Below the pieces are notes generated by a model. That model was not told where the DNA came from and ran no database searches. It worked only from the letters and a program-made list of their open reading frames with translations. A stretch of 64,000 nt of DNA, taken from NCBI GenBank assembly GCA_048571215.1, contig CP182352.1, forward strand, positions 2,336,001 to 2,400,000. The letters run 5' to 3'. The stretch comes from Halarcobacter sp. (GTDB lineage: Bacteria > Campylobacterota > Campylobacteria > Campylobacterales > Arcobacteraceae). The position numbers were made by a program, and so were the translations under genes. Below, piece after piece: positions 28,685-40,220 of the stretch; position 1 is the stretch's first letter, and every line of letters begins with the position of its first letter.

Positions 28685-30023
28685 AAAATCTATTCCAAAA
28701 GTGGATAAATTTGTTTTAAATGAGGCATTTAAACATATGTCACTCCACTTGATTACTTCTATTGCAAAAGAGATAATACAAGAGTTAAGAGAAGATATTT
28801 TAAATAAAAAAATTGAAAAAATAGATGAAAATGAGCTAATAAAAAAAGTTATACAAAGATATCAATATATTACAAACCCCTCTTTACAAAAAGTTATAAA
28901 TGCAACAGGTGTGATTGTACATACAAACTTAGGAAGAAGCCTTATAGATGAAAAAACTTTTGATAAGGTAAAACAAATAGCTATCTCATACAACAATTTA
29001 GAATACAATTTACAAGAGGGAAAACGGGGAGAAAGATATACCCATATCTCAAAGGTAGTTTGTAAAGTTTTAGGATGTGAAGATGTTCTAATAGTAAATA
29101 ACAATGCCAGTGCTGTTTTTTTAGTTCTTAATACCTTTGCTCAAAATAAAGAAGTTGCAGTAAGTAGAGGTGAATTAGTTGAGATAGGAGGAAGTTTTAG
29201 AGTACCTGATGTTATGCAAAGTAGCGGAGCAATACTAAAAGAGATTGGGACTACAAATAAAACCCATCTAAGAGATTATGAAAATATCATAAATGAAAAC
29301 ACAGCAATGCTTATGAAAGTACATAAATCAAACTATTCAATAGAAGGTTTTAGTAGTGAAGTTTCTTTTAAAGATATTGTTAAAGTTGCTCAAGAGAATA
29401 ACTTAATAGACTACTATGATATGGGAAGTGGGCACTTAATTGATCTACCTTATAATCTAAGTGAAACTGAACCCTCTGTGATTGATTATATGAAATACAA
29501 GCCATCTTTACTTAGTTTTTCTGGGGATAAACTATTGGGTTCTGTACAAGCTGGTATTATAGTTGGAAAGAAAAAATATATTGAAAAACTAAAAAAGAAT
29601 CCACTACTTAGAATGTTAAGGGTTGACAAATTAACTTTGGCTTTACTTGAAGAAAATATCAAATCAATTTTGCTTAAAAACTATGATGAGATACCTACAT
29701 TAAAAATGCTATTTAAATCTATTGAAGAGTTAAAAAAAGATGCACAAACATTAAAAAATGGTATTAAAGATATTTGTGATTGTGAAGTGATAGAAACATC
29801 TACAGTTATAGGGGGAGGAACCACTCCAAATAAAAAAATACCAACTATTGCTTTAAGTATAGAGTTTAATAACTATAAGCCAAATAAAATAGAAAAACTT
29901 TTTAGGGCTAAGAATATCATAGGAAGAATTGAAAATGAAAAATTTTTATTAGATTTTAGAACAATTCAAAAAAATGATATAGAGTTTATAAAACAAACTA
30001 TAAAAGAGCTTATAAATGAATAA
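28674..30023 (+). CDS. selA: L-seryl-tRNA(Sec) selenium transferase
   Basis: VINATGVIVHTNLGRS, VNNNA, SRGELVEIGGSFR, SGDKLLG; start at MILLKS. Confidence 0.96.
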   Translation: MILLKSIPKVDKFVLNEAFKHMSLHLITSIAKEIIQELREDILNKKIEKIDENELIKKVIQRYQYITNPSLQKVINATGVIVHTNLGRSLIDEKTFDKVKQIAISYNNLEYNLQEGKRGERYTHISKVVCKVLGCEDVLIVNNNASAVFLVLNTFAQNKEVAVSRGELVEIGGSFRVPDVMQSSGAILKEIGTTNKTHLRDYENIINENTAMLMKVHKSNYSIEGFSSEVSFKDIVKVAQENNLIDYYDMGSGHLIDLPYNLSETEPSVIDYMKYKPSLLSFSGDKLLGSVQAGIIVGKKKYIEKLKKNPLLRMLRVDKLTLALLEENIKSILLKNYDEIPTLKMLFKSIEELKKDAQTLKNGIKDICDCEVIETSTVIGGGTTPNKKIPTIALSIEFNNYKPNKIEKLFRAKNIIGRIENEKFLLDFRTIQKNDIEFIKQTIKELINE

Positions 30024-31851
30024 CTACATTATAGGAACAGCAGGACATATTGACCATGGTAAAACTGCTTTAATAAAAGCATTAAATGGTTATGAAGGTG
30101 ATAGTACAAAAGAGGAAAAACAAAGGGGTATAACAATAGATTTAAGTTTTTCTAATCTATCAAATGGAAAACAAAATGTAGCTTTTATAGATGTACCTGG
30201 TCATGAAAAGTTAATTAAAAATATGATTGCAGGAGCCTTCTCTTTTGATTGCGTAATGATTGTAGTAAGTGCAACAGAAAAGATTATGCCCCAAACTATA
30301 GAACACTTGGAGATTTTAAATCTACTTGGGATTAAAAATGCCATATTAACAATAAGCAAAAAAGATTTAGTTGAGAAAGAAAAGCTTCCTAATATTATTG
30401 TAGAAATAGAAAACTATATAAAAGAGTTTGAGTTTAATATTTTATTTACAAGTGCTGTTTCAATTTATGATGAAAGCTCTATAGAGACCCTAAAACAAAA
30501 ACTTTTTAGTCTTAATGCAAATACCAAACTAGAAGAAAACTTCTTTAGATATTATATTGATAGAGTTTTTTCAAGCTCAGGGGCAGGTACAATCGTAACA
30601 GGAACTGTTTTAGGAAAACCCATAGAACTAGATGAGAAACTTTTTATTTGTGATATAAAAAAAGAAGTAAAAGTTAAAAACCTTCAAGTTCATAACAAAA
30701 ATGAACAGCAAGCTAATATCTCTAATAGAACTGCCATAAATCTAACTGGGGTAAAAACAAGTGATATTAAAAAAGGTTTCATAATCTCTAAAAAGGGTTT
30801 TTTAAGAGGTTTTAATACAGTTGATATCTCTTTTAAAACTTTACAAAATAAAGAACTAAAACATAATCAAACCTATTCTATTTTTATTGGTTCTAAAAAA
30901 GTTGAAGGAAAGGTTTTACTTTTCAATAGTGAAACTTCACTTAAAAAAGGTTTTGCAACATTAAATTTAGAGCAAGAAATCTATAGCATTTACAAGGAGA
31001 AACTAATCCTTAGACAAGGTACTGATACAATAGCAGGAGGTATTATCCTAAACCCAATTGCAGATCCAATGAAAAAAAACCAAAAACTTGAACTTCTAAA
31101 AGCATTAGAAAAAGAGGATATTATAAAAACCTATGAAATTCTTTTAACTGCCCATAAAAAAGGTTTAGGTTTGATATCTTCTGCCCAAAGATTTGCACTA
31201 AGCCATAAGGAGGCTTTAGAGTTTGCAAAATCTTTAAAAGATACCTTTATAGATGAAAACTCTTTAGTTTTATACCCTTTGGAAACAAAAAATCTAATCA
31301 AATCAACGATAAAAGATATCTATAAAAAAAATCAATATGCCCTACTTTCAAATGCATCTGTTTTACTTAGAATTAAATGGGCAAGTAAAAATTTTATTCA
31401 ATTAGCACTTAATGAATTAGTAGAAGAAGATTTTCTCTTGCAAGAAGGCAATCTATATAAAAACATAAATATTAAAGAGAATTTTAAAACCTCCTTAGAA
31501 AAAACTATTTTAAATAGATTGTTAGAAGAATCATTTAGCCCTACAGCACCTTATAATATCTATGATGATATGGACTTAGATAGAATGATGGGAGATAATA
31601 TCCTAAAATCTTTAACAGAAAGAAAACTTGTAGTTAGACTCCAACACAATATATTTATCCATCACGAAAACCTAGTAAAAGTGATAAAACTAATAAATAA
31701 TCTAATAAAAACTATAACCTATGTAGATATTCAAGTTTTAAAAAAAGAGCTTCCTATTAGTAGAAAATATTTAATAGCATATTTAGAGTATATGGATAAC
31801 TTTGAACATATAGAAAAAGTTGGAGATAAAAGAGTCTTTAAGGAGTCTTAA
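30016..31851 (+). CDS. selB: Selenocysteine-specific elongation factor
   Basis: GTAGHIDHGKT, RGITIDL, DVPGHE; C-terminal SRKYLIAYLEY winged helix. Confidence 0.96.
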   Translation: MNNYIIGTAGHIDHGKTALIKALNGYEGDSTKEEKQRGITIDLSFSNLSNGKQNVAFIDVPGHEKLIKNMIAGAFSFDCVMIVVSATEKIMPQTIEHLEILNLLGIKNAILTISKKDLVEKEKLPNIIVEIENYIKEFEFNILFTSAVSIYDESSIETLKQKLFSLNANTKLEENFFRYYIDRVFSSSGAGTIVTGTVLGKPIELDEKLFICDIKKEVKVKNLQVHNKNEQQANISNRTAINLTGVKTSDIKKGFIISKKGFLRGFNTVDISFKTLQNKELKHNQTYSIFIGSKKVEGKVLLFNSETSLKKGFATLNLEQEIYSIYKEKLILRQGTDTIAGGIILNPIADPMKKNQKLELLKALEKEDIIKTYEILLTAHKKGLGLISSAQRFALSHKEALEFAKSLKDTFIDENSLVLYPLETKNLIKSTIKDIYKKNQYALLSNASVLLRIKWASKNFIQLALNELVEEDFLLQEGNLYKNINIKENFKTSLEKTILNRLLEESFSPTAPYNIYDDMDLDRMMGDNILKSLTERKLVVRLQHNIFIHHENLVKVIKLINNLIKTITYVDIQVLKKELPISRKYLIAYLEYMDNFEHIEKVGDKRVFKES

Positions 31852-32468
31852 TTAGTTCCTATCCACTCTTTTATAGTTTGTTCTTTATCAAATAACTTTG
31901 TTTTTTTTCTTGTTATGTTTGCAATACTAAGTAACTCTTTAGATGCTGTTTCTAAATCATCATTTATTATAAGGTAGTCATATTTTTGAAAAGATTTTAT
32001 CTCATATTTTGCATTTGATATTCTTTTTTCAATAACCTCTTTTGAGTCTGTTTTTCTACTTGTTAGTCTTTGTTCTAATATTTCAAGTGAGGGGGTTGTT
32101 ATAAATACAGAAGTTACTATATCATTTAGTTTTTTTCTTACTATATCATGCCCTTGAACATCTATATCAAAAACAACTAATTTACCTTCACTTACTGCTT
32201 TTTTGATTGGTTTTAAAGAGGTACCATAATAGTTTCCATGAACATCTGCATACTCTAAGAAGTGTCCATTTTTAATATCTTCTTCAAAATCCTCTTTTTT
32301 TACAAAAAAATAATCAACTCCATCTTGTTCACCAACTCTTGGTTCTCTTGTAGTTGTTGATATAGAGAAATAGTAGTTATCTATACTTTCGTAAACTTTT
32401 TTTAGTAGTGTTGATTTTCCACAACCACTAGGTCCAGATAGAATTAAAATCGCACCTTTTTTTTCCAT
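31848..32468 (-). CDS. gmk: Guanylate kinase
   Basis: GPSGCGKST, TTREPR, DGVDY, YYGT, DIDVQG. Confidence 0.96.
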   Translation of the reverse strand: MEKKGAILILSGPSGCGKSTLLKKVYESIDNYYFSISTTTREPRVGEQDGVDYFFVKKEDFEEDIKNGHFLEYADVHGNYYGTSLKPIKKAVSEGKLVVFDIDVQGHDIVRKKLNDIVTSVFITTPSLEILEQRLTSRKTDSKEVIEKRISNAKYEIKSFQKYDYLIINDDLETASKELLSIANITRKKTKLFDKEQTIKEWIGTN

Positions 32469-33241
32469 TATTTATTTACCTTTAAAGATAGTCTAACATC
32501 TACATCTTCCCCATTTGACAATCTATCAATAACACCTTGATCAAATTTTTGTAAAAATGGTTTTAATTCATCAATATTATAATTGTTTAATAATAGATTG
32601 ATTGGTTCTGTATTTGGTGCTTGTTTTTCCATATCAAACTCAAACTCCCTAACCTCACTTAAAGCTTCATCTATTATTTCACTTATATCTTTCCAATCAG
32701 ATTTTTCAACCACATGGTTTTGAATATCATCATCATGTAAAATATCACTTATTTTGTGTAATTCTAAATTATCTAATACTCCACCATCATTCATTGATGC
32801 AAAGGTTACGATACTTTCATCATTTTCCTCTTCAATATCATAAGCTACATCATCTGCCAAAGACTCTACATAGTTAGTAATCACTTCCTCCTCATTAATA
32901 TTATTTCTTATATCCTCATGAGTTGTAGAATCCTCTTTTATATAATCAACTTGTTCTTTTAAAATCTCAGTTAGTTTTGCAGGCAAGAATGGTCTATTTA
33001 TTATAAAATCCCTAGATTTATCAAAAGATAACTCTTCGCTAGTGATTGCTCCAAGTTTTTTTGTATGAGCTTTTATTTTATTGAAATCATCATTTATAAA
33101 CTCTTCATCAACTATAACTAAGTCAACATCCTCTTTAATATCTAAATTATCTTTTATAATTAGATTTAAATCAAGTTTTTTACACACTAAAGAGAATATT
33201 TTTCCGATTATTTCTGTATTTGTTATAAGTATCAAGTTCAT
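32468..33241 (-). CDS. Highly acidic hypothetical protein (conserved gmk neighbour in Campylobacterota)
   Basis: Acidic 257-aa ORF with RPFLP and GGVLD segments, between the ABC ATPase and gmk. Confidence 0.75.
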   Translation of the reverse strand: MNLILITNTEIIGKIFSLVCKKLDLNLIIKDNLDIKEDVDLVIVDEEFINDDFNKIKAHTKKLGAITSEELSFDKSRDFIINRPFLPAKLTEILKEQVDYIKEDSTTHEDIRNNINEEEVITNYVESLADDVAYDIEEENDESIVTFASMNDGGVLDNLELHKISDILHDDDIQNHVVEKSDWKDISEIIDEALSEVREFEFDMEKQAPNTEPINLLLNNYNIDELKPFLQKFDQGVIDRLSNGEDVDVRLSLKVNK

Positions 33242-33931
33242 CTATTTCAATTCCATAAGCCCTAAATTTTCAAGTTTATATACCTTGTCACATAGATTTG
33301 CCAAATCATTTTCATGTGTAACAAGTATCATTGCTGCATCATTTTCTTTTACATATTCATTTAGAGTTTCCATTACTACTAAAGCAGTTTCTTTGTCTAA
33401 ATTTCCTGTTGGTTCATCCGCAAATATAACTTTTGGTTTTTTCATTAAAACCCTTGCAATAGACAATCTTTGTTGTTGTCCACCACTTAATTCACCAATA
33501 CCTTGATTCATCACAAAACCAATATCAAGCTTTTCAAGTAAAGATTCATCTATACCATTTCCACTTAATAAAGTTGCAACTTTTAGGTTATCATTTGCAG
33601 TAAATCCCCTAAAGAGATAATGTGCTTGAAATATTATACCAAAATCTTCTCTTCTTATATTTAAAAGCTTTTTCTTTTTGATAGAATATATATTATTATT
33701 GTTATAGATAACTTCACCAAACTTCGGTTTTAAAAGAGATGATAAAATATTTAAAAGTGTTGATTTTCCACTTCCACTCATACCAATTATTGCAATTGTT
33801 TCTTTCTTGTGAAGTGATAGATTTATATTTTCAAAGAGTTTATAATCAAACTCATGAGAGAGATTTTTTACTTCTATTATAGAAGTGTCGTCAGGAGCAA
33901 CAAGTGAGTTTTCTTTTAGTTGTTCACCCAT
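33242..33931 (-). CDS. ABC transporter ATP-binding protein (LolD-like)
   Basis: GMSGSGKST, LSGGQQQR, ADEPTGNLD. Confidence 0.88.
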   Translation of the reverse strand: MGEQLKENSLVAPDDTSIIEVKNLSHEFDYKLFENINLSLHKKETIAIIGMSGSGKSTLLNILSSLLKPKFGEVIYNNNNIYSIKKKKLLNIRREDFGIIFQAHYLFRGFTANDNLKVATLLSGNGIDESLLEKLDIGFVMNQGIGELSGGQQQRLSIARVLMKKPKVIFADEPTGNLDKETALVVMETLNEYVKENDAAMILVTHENDLANLCDKVYKLENLGLMELK

Positions 33932-33952
33932 TACTCAAGACTTCATTTTGTA

Positions 33953-35005
33953 TTATTTACCCATTTGCGCTGCAACTTCAGCTGCGAAATCTTCTTCTTT
34001 TTTCTCGATACCTTCACCAAGTTCAAATCTTACATATTCAACAATTTGAATTGATTTGTCAACATCAGCGATAGCTTGTTCTACAGTTTTTTTATCATCC
34101 ATTACATAGCTTTGAGAAAGAAGTGCTAATCTTCTATCTAACTCAGTATTATCTTGGATAAATCTTTCCATTTGACCAGGAATGATTTTGTCCCAAATTT
34201 TTTCTGGTTTACCTTGTGCTTGTAACTCTTTTTTGAACTCTTCTTCTGCTTTTTCTAAAGCATCCATTGTAAGTTGTGATTTAGAAACAAACTCTGGGAT
34301 TTTTTTAAGAGGTTTTCCAAGTCTTACTAACTCATCATTCTCAGCTTCAATCTCAGCAACGATTGCTCTATTTTCAGCTTCAACAAACTCAGGGTCTAAG
34401 TTTTCGTATGAAATTACAACTGGTTTCATAGCTGATGCATGCATTGCAATATTTTTTAATAAATCTTTAGTTTTATCTTTAACAGCTTCATCACAAGTAG
34501 CAGCTAAAAGAACACCAACCTTACCAGTTGCATGAACATAACCATTGATTACACCAGTATCAGTTGAGATTGTAACCATTTTTCTAGCTACAATATTTTC
34601 ACCGATTGTTGCGATTTTTTCATTTAAAAACTCTTCAAAGTTTTGACCATTGATAGTAGTTTTCTTTAACTCTTCAGTTTCACTTGCCCCTGTTGCTTGA
34701 ACGTGAGCTGTGATATCTTTTGTTAATTTGATGAAATTATCATTTTTTGCAACAAAGTCTGTTTGTGAATTGATCTCAGTCATAGTTGCTTTTGTATTAT
34801 CGTCACTAATTAAAATGTCGATTAAACCTTCAGCAGCAATATTCCCACTTTTTTTAGCAGCTTTACTTAAACCTGCTTCTCTTAAGTGTTGAATCGCTTT
34901 ATCTATATCACCTTCAGTTTCATTAAGTGCATTTTTACAATCAAGCATTCCTGCACCAGTCATCTCTCTTAGTTGTTTTATAAGTTTTGGAGTTGCTCCA
35001 GCCAT
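33953..35005 (-). CDS. tsf: Elongation factor Ts
   Basis: LREMTGAGMLDCKNAL, TDFVA, FELGEG; start at MAGATPK. Confidence 0.97.
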   Translation of the reverse strand: MAGATPKLIKQLREMTGAGMLDCKNALNETEGDIDKAIQHLREAGLSKAAKKSGNIAAEGLIDILISDDNTKATMTEINSQTDFVAKNDNFIKLTKDITAHVQATGASETEELKKTTINGQNFEEFLNEKIATIGENIVARKMVTISTDTGVINGYVHATGKVGVLLAATCDEAVKDKTKDLLKNIAMHASAMKPVVISYENLDPEFVEAENRAIVAEIEAENDELVRLGKPLKKIPEFVSKSQLTMDALEKAEEEFKKELQAQGKPEKIWDKIIPGQMERFIQDNTELDRRLALLSQSYVMDDKKTVEQAIADVDKSIQIVEYVRFELGEGIEKKEEDFAAEVAAQMGK

Positions 35006-35006
35006 C

Positions 35007-35813
35007 TTATGCTTCCTCTGTAGTTTTTTCTTCAGTTTCAACTGCTTCAGCTTCACCTTCTGCTACTGCTTCAGCAACAACTTCACTAGTTTCTTCTTCA
35101 GATACTGGTTCAATATCTTCACCAGTTTCTTCAGCTAGCATTGCTTTACCTTCATTCATAGCTTCAGCCATCTCTTTACAAAATAATTGAATAGATCTAA
35201 TTGCATCATCATTTCCAGGAATTGGTAAATCAACTACATCTGGGTCACAGTTAGTATCTAATGGTGCTACAACTTTAATACCTAATCTTCTTGCTTCTTG
35301 AATAGCGATTTTTTCTTTTACTGCATCTAAAACAAACATCATATCTGGTAATTTATTCATCTCTTTAATTCCACCAAGATATAACTCTAACTTTTCTTCT
35401 TTTCTAGTAAGCATTAATGCTTCTTTTTTAGTTAAAAGATCTAATTGACCTTCTTCTCTCATTTTTTTAATAACTTCTAATTTTCTAATTGATTTTTTTA
35501 TTGTTCCGTAGTTTGTTAACATCCCACCTAACCATCTGTGGTTAACGTATGGCATACCACAAGAGATAGCCGCATCTTTTACAGCTTGGCTTGCTTGTTT
35601 TTTCGTACCAACGAAAATCATTGTTTCACCTTGAGCTGCTGCATCTCTAACTACATTATATGTATATCTGAAATATCTTAATGTCTTTTGTAAGTCAATA
35701 ATATAGATATTTTTTCTAACACCGAAAATGAATTTTTTCATTTTTGGATTCCATCTTCTTGTTTGGTGTCCGAAGTGTACACCACATTCTAATAGGTCTT
35801 TCATTGTAACCAT
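35007..35813 (-). CDS. rpsB: 30S ribosomal protein S2
   Basis: [36 protein letters not shown]. Confidence 0.98.
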   Translation of the reverse strand: MVTMKDLLECGVHFGHQTRRWNPKMKKFIFGVRKNIYIIDLQKTLRYFRYTYNVVRDAAAQGETMIFVGTKKQASQAVKDAAISCGMPYVNHRWLGGMLTNYGTIKKSIRKLEVIKKMREEGQLDLLTKKEALMLTRKEEKLELYLGGIKEMNKLPDMMFVLDAVKEKIAIQEARRLGIKVVAPLDTNCDPDVVDLPIPGNDDAIRSIQLFCKEMAEAMNEGKAMLAEETGEDIEPVSEEETSEVVAEAVAEGEAEAVETEEKTTEEA

Positions 35814-35936
35814 AGTTTTTCCTTGTTTTTTAATTTATTTGTCTTCTTTTTATAGCGCAAAAGTAAATTTTGCTAAAAAGAAGCAAAAACCTAAAGAGAA
35901 CACACGAGTTGTTCTTAATTAAGTTCTTAATTTTTA

Positions 35937-36002
35937 GGGTTTAGCCTCTGTGCCCCTTAATGATTTTCATCACAACCCATACCAGGATTGACACATGTGA
36001 GG
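35937..36002 (-). ncRNA. rpsB leader (t44/S2-autoregulation-like) RNA
   Basis: GC-enriched segment upstream of rpsB reading CACATGTGTC...GGGT...GGCACAGAGGCTAAACCC; 3' end resembles the known rpsB leader (GAGGC..AACCC). Confidence 0.55.
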
Positions 36003-36141
36003 TTTCTATTTTGGAAATAGAGTCGTGATTTTATCTAAGTTAACTTTAATTTTACTTGAAATTAAAATATATTATAATTTAAAAAAAAGAAAAAAATATC
36101 TTTTTTATAGATTTTTTGATAAAATATCTAAAAGGAGTTAC

Positions 36142-37032
36142 ATGTTATTTCCTGATAATTTTAAAAAAGAAAATATCTTATATAAGGGTGTAAATTTTCA
36201 TTTTGTTCATGGGGGACATTCAAGAGGAACTCCCCTACTTTTGCTTCATGGCTACCCTCAAACACATCTTATGTGGCATAAAATTGTAAAAGAATTATCA
36301 CAAAAATATTATGTGATTTGTCCAGACTTAAAAGGGTATGGTGATAGTTCTAAACCTGCAGGTTTAAAAAATCATATAAACTACTCAAAAAAAGCTATGG
36401 CTGAAGATATGATAAATATTATGGATTATTTAGATTTTCAAGAGTTTTATGTAGCAGGTCATGATAGGGGCGCAAGAGTCACACACAGGATGTGTCTTGA
36501 TTATCCAGATAGAGTTTTAAAAGCTTGTGTTATGGATATAGTTCCAACTTTATATATGTTTGATAATACGAATCAAAAATTTGCAACAGAATACTATCAC
36601 TGGTTTTTCCTAATACAACCTGATAATCTACCAGAAACTTTAATTGGCTCAAACCCTGAATATTATTTAAAAGAAAAACTTAAAAGATGGAGTGATAAGG
36701 ATGTTGAGTTTAGTGAAAAATTTGATGATGAAGTAGTTAAAGAATATGTAAGATGTTTTGATACGGATTCTATACACGCGACTTGTGAAGATTATAGAGC
36801 TGCAGCTTCTATTGATATGAATGATGATGAAGATGATAGAAAAAAGAAGATTCAGATGCAACTGCTTGTTTTATGGGGAAGATATGGCTTCATATACAAA
36901 ACCTATGATGTCTTAGAAGTTTGGAAAAAATATGCACTAAAAGTACAAGGCAAAGCTTTAGATTGTGGACATTTTTTACCAGAAGAGAAACCAAAAGAGG
37001 TATTAGAAGAGATGATGAAATTTTTTAAATAA
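36142..37032 (+). CDS. Alpha/beta hydrolase, haloacetate (fluoroacetate) dehalogenase-like
   Basis: LHGYPQ, GHDRGAR, YHWFF, CEDYRA, CGHFLPEE; AAGGAG RBS before ATG at 36142. Confidence 0.85.
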   Translation: MLFPDNFKKENILYKGVNFHFVHGGHSRGTPLLLLHGYPQTHLMWHKIVKELSQKYYVICPDLKGYGDSSKPAGLKNHINYSKKAMAEDMINIMDYLDFQEFYVAGHDRGARVTHRMCLDYPDRVLKACVMDIVPTLYMFDNTNQKFATEYYHWFFLIQPDNLPETLIGSNPEYYLKEKLKRWSDKDVEFSEKFDDEVVKEYVRCFDTDSIHATCEDYRAAASIDMNDDEDDRKKKIQMQLLVLWGRYGFIYKTYDVLEVWKKYALKVQGKALDCGHFLPEEKPKEVLEEMMKFFK

Positions 37033-37051
37033 AAGGAGGTTTTCCTTTTAT

Positions 37052-38029
37052 TTAGGCGCTTACTGGTTCTAATTTAATATCATCTTTCACACAATCTTTT
37101 ATAATATTGTATCCATGATTAAGTGCAAGGGCTATTGAGCCTCCAATATCTCCTGCGATATCACCTGCTAGATAAACACCTTGTGAATTTAAATTCTTTT
37201 CATCCACTATTGGATGATTTTTTTCATCTAATATTACACAACAGCTTTGTAAAAACTCTTTAGGGGTAACACCACCTAAAGCATAGATGATTCTATCATA
37301 TTTTGCAGTTTCACCATTGGTATAATAAACTTTAAATTTTCCATCTTCATCTTCTAACTTTTCTATATCTATTCCAAGTTTTAACTCTATCTCTTTATCT
37401 TCAACACAGTTCATAAGATTTTTTATGTTTTTAGGATTTGCTTTTGTGATTTCATCTCTTCTATAATTAAGGGTTACCCTATTGTCTTGATGGATAAAAT
37501 AAGCATATTCACAGGCACTATCTCCACCACCTACAACTAAAACATCTTCATTTCCTTTACAATCTGCAATTGTATGATTTGCATGTGATTTTAAACTTGA
37601 AGGGATTTTATAATCAGGTTTATTTGGTTTACCCATCTTACCTATTGCAATCACAATATTTTTAGCATAATAAACCTCACCAGTAGTAGTTATAAGTTTA
37701 AATTTATTGATAAGTTTTTTTACACTTGCTATTTCTGTATTAAATTTTGCATCTAAAAGTTTCTTTTCTAAAGAATCTTCAAATAAATCTAATGTTGTCT
37801 CTTTTGTTCCATCTTCAAAATCAATGTGACCTTTTAAATCTACATGTATCCCTTTCCAATCTTTATCAACTGGTTTATTGTCATTGAAATATCTTCTTAT
37901 AGTGTCACTATGATTGTTACTTTTTTCAAAAAGTAAAATATCTTTCATACCAAAGATTATTGCTTCACATGAAGTTGCAATACCAGCAGGACCAGCACCA
38001 ATTATTGCTATATCGTAAACTCTACTCAT
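37052..38029 (-). CDS. FAD/NADPH oxidoreductase, TrxB-fold without CxxC (FqrB-like)
   Basis: GAGPAG, IGKMGKPNKP, GGGDSA, AGD; no redox CxxC. Confidence 0.8.
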   Translation of the reverse strand: MSRVYDIAIIGAGPAGIATSCEAIIFGMKDILLFEKSNNHSDTIRRYFNDNKPVDKDWKGIHVDLKGHIDFEDGTKETTLDLFEDSLEKKLLDAKFNTEIASVKKLINKFKLITTTGEVYYAKNIVIAIGKMGKPNKPDYKIPSSLKSHANHTIADCKGNEDVLVVGGGDSACEYAYFIHQDNRVTLNYRRDEITKANPKNIKNLMNCVEDKEIELKLGIDIEKLEDEDGKFKVYYTNGETAKYDRIIYALGGVTPKEFLQSCCVILDEKNHPIVDEKNLNSQGVYLAGDIAGDIGGSIALALNHGYNIIKDCVKDDIKLEPVSA

Positions 38030-38316
38030 ATCAATCTCCTTTTGTTTTTTATAATCTATATTTTATATTATACTAACAAGAAAAACTTAATCGAAAAATT
38101 AACTGTTTACTTTTTAGGCAAAAAATTTTGAATATAACTTGAGTATTAATCTGCTGTTGTAACATCTAATTTAAGGAAACAATAAGCTTGGTATTTTTAT
38201 TCTAAAATATGTGCATATCTCTATATTTGAAAGTAAAGGTTAGAGTATTTTGTGGAGAGTTATTTAAAAAGATTAAAAGTTTTTGATTTAACTGAGCTCT
38301 ATTTTAAAGTTTGGAT

Positions 38317-38341
38317 AAAAGACCATCTAAGATGATCTTTT
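38317..38341 (-). terminator. Terminator after the MCP gene
   Basis: Minus strand AAAAGATCATC-TTA-GATGGTCTTTT. Confidence 0.55.
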
Positions 38342-38366
38342 TCCTATGAAAGATGCCAAAGTATAT

Positions 38367-40220
38367 TTAAAAGCTTTCCCACTCATCATTATCTGAATCT
38401 ACTGTAGTTTTTGCTTTTATTTCTACTTGCTCTACTTTTTTCTTTTCAGGTTTAACAGTATTTACTTTTCCCACTTTTTCTACTTTTTCTACTTTCTTTG
38501 CTTTTTCAAGTTTTGTTGCTTGAACAGTGTCTTTACCTATAAACTCTTTTTCATCGGCACTTTTTAAAATGATCTCTGCGATTTGTTGAGTTTGAATTGC
38601 GATATCATTTGTTTCATTTGCTACTGAAGCATTTTGCTGAGTTTGTTTATCTAAAGAGTTGATTGCATCATTGATTTGTACAATCCCTGTTTCTTGCTCT
38701 TTACTTGCATTTGTAACATTTGTAATTAATTCAATTGTTTCACTGATTTTATTAGTTAAATCACTATATCCACCTATCATATCAGCTGCAATTGTTTTAC
38801 CTTCATTTGCTTTTATAGTGGCATTTTCTACTAAATCTTTGATCTCTTTAGCTGCCTCAGCTGAACGTGATGCAAGGTTTCTTACCTCTTGTGCAACAAC
38901 TGCGAATCCTTTACCTGCTTCCCCAGCAGTAGCAGCTTCAACAGCAGCATTTAGTGAAAGAATATTTGTTTGAAAAGCTATTTGATCAATCACTGTGATT
39001 GAGTCATTAATAGCTTGAACTTGCGCATTAATATCTTCCATAGCTGTAGTTGTTTTTGTTGCTAAGTTCTCACCCTCTTGTGCAGAGCTATTTAAATTAT
39101 TTGCAAGGGTAAACATTTTATTTATGTTTTCATTACTTGATTTAATAATAGATGTTATCTCTTCCACAGCAGCTGCTGTTTCTTCAAGGGAAGCTGCCGC
39201 TTGATTTGAAGAGTCATTTAGTGTTTTTACAGTTGAAGATAATGTGGTAGCACTATTTTGAATAACAAGTCCATTTTGCTTATCTTCTATTAAAATTTTA
39301 GTAATACCATCTGCTAATTTATTTAGGTTCTCGGCAGTTTGACCTTTAGAATCAACTTTTGTAGTAAAGTTATAATTTGTGAAGTTTTCCAATACACTTG
39401 AGATTTTATTAATATCATCTGCAATTTTATTTTCTAAATTATCCATCATATTATTTATAATCTCTTTTAATGACTTGATGTTCTCATCTGTAGTATCTGA
39501 GTGAACTCTTTTGGTTAGTTTCCCTTCATTAACACTATTTGCTACTTCAATAGTTTCATCTATTATACTTTTATTTAATAAAGTTTCTTTTTGTAACTTT
39601 TCAAATGAAGCTGTTGCTTCTAGTTGAAGTTTTTTAGCTTCAATAAACTGTTTTATTACTGAATAAACAATATAAATAAGAACTACTTCTTCAAAAACAA
39701 ATACAATAATATGAATAAACGTAAATAGCCAACTACAGTTAGTACTCATCAATATAATTTCATGCCCCATAACAGTAGCACCATTTAATTGTAAATATGT
39801 AAATAACAAGTGGTGTACAGCTGTTACTACAGTCATTGCTAAAATTGCTGTAAGGTCTTTATACACTACAAGAGCTGCTACATAAACAAAAAAGAAAAAG
39901 TGCATCTCTATCATACCAAGCTGTTGAGCAATCATAATAGCTGGATAAACAGTAAATGCTGTACCAAAAATAATACGTGAAAGCACCGTTCCTTTAAACA
40001 TTGTGTAGGCTATGATAGTAGATGTTAAAGTAATACCTCCACCTATAATACCAAGTTTATAAGTTTCATTAGCATATGAAGTTATAGCTGCCACAATTAT
40101 AAAACTTACTATGGATACTACAAGCATCATTTTATCTGCACTTTCATACTCTTTAACCAAACTCTCTTGAATCTCTTTAGATAAACTTTTATCTAAAAAT
40201 GGAAAAAGCATCTTAATCAT
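38367..40220 (-). CDS. Methyl-accepting chemotaxis protein with multi-TM His-containing sensor domain
   Basis: [30 protein letters not shown]; about six N-terminal TMs; C-terminal EWESF pentapeptide. Confidence 0.93.
   Translation of the reverse strand: MIKMLFPFLDKSLSKEIQESLVKEYESADKMMLVVSIVSFIIVAAITSYANETYKLGIIGGGITLTSTIIAYTMFKGTVLSRIIFGTAFTVYPAIMIAQQLGMIEMHFFFFVYVAALVVYKDLTAILAMTVVTAVHHLLFTYLQLNGATVMGHEIILMSTNCSWLFTFIHIIVFVFEEVVLIYIVYSVIKQFIEAKKLQLEATASFEKLQKETLLNKSIIDETIEVANSVNEGKLTKRVHSDTTDENIKSLKEIINNMMDNLENKIADDINKISSVLENFTNYNFTTKVDSKGQTAENLNKLADGITKILIEDKQNGLVIQNSATTLSSTVKTLNDSSNQAAASLEETAAAVEEITSIIKSSNENINKMFTLANNLNSSAQEGENLATKTTTAMEDINAQVQAINDSITVIDQIAFQTNILSLNAAVEAATAGEAGKGFAVVAQEVRNLASRSAEAAKEIKDLVENATIKANEGKTIAADMIGGYSDLTNKISETIELITNVTNASKEQETGIVQINDAINSLDKQTQQNASVANETNDIAIQTQQIAEIILKSADEKEFIGKDTVQATKLEKAKKVEKVEKVGKVNTVKPEKKKVEQVEIKAKTTVDSDNDEWESF

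Noticed and set aside
38462..38510. Short repeats encoding [11 protein letters not shown] in the MCP tail
   Set aside because: Ordinary low-complexity tether before the C-terminal pentapeptide.
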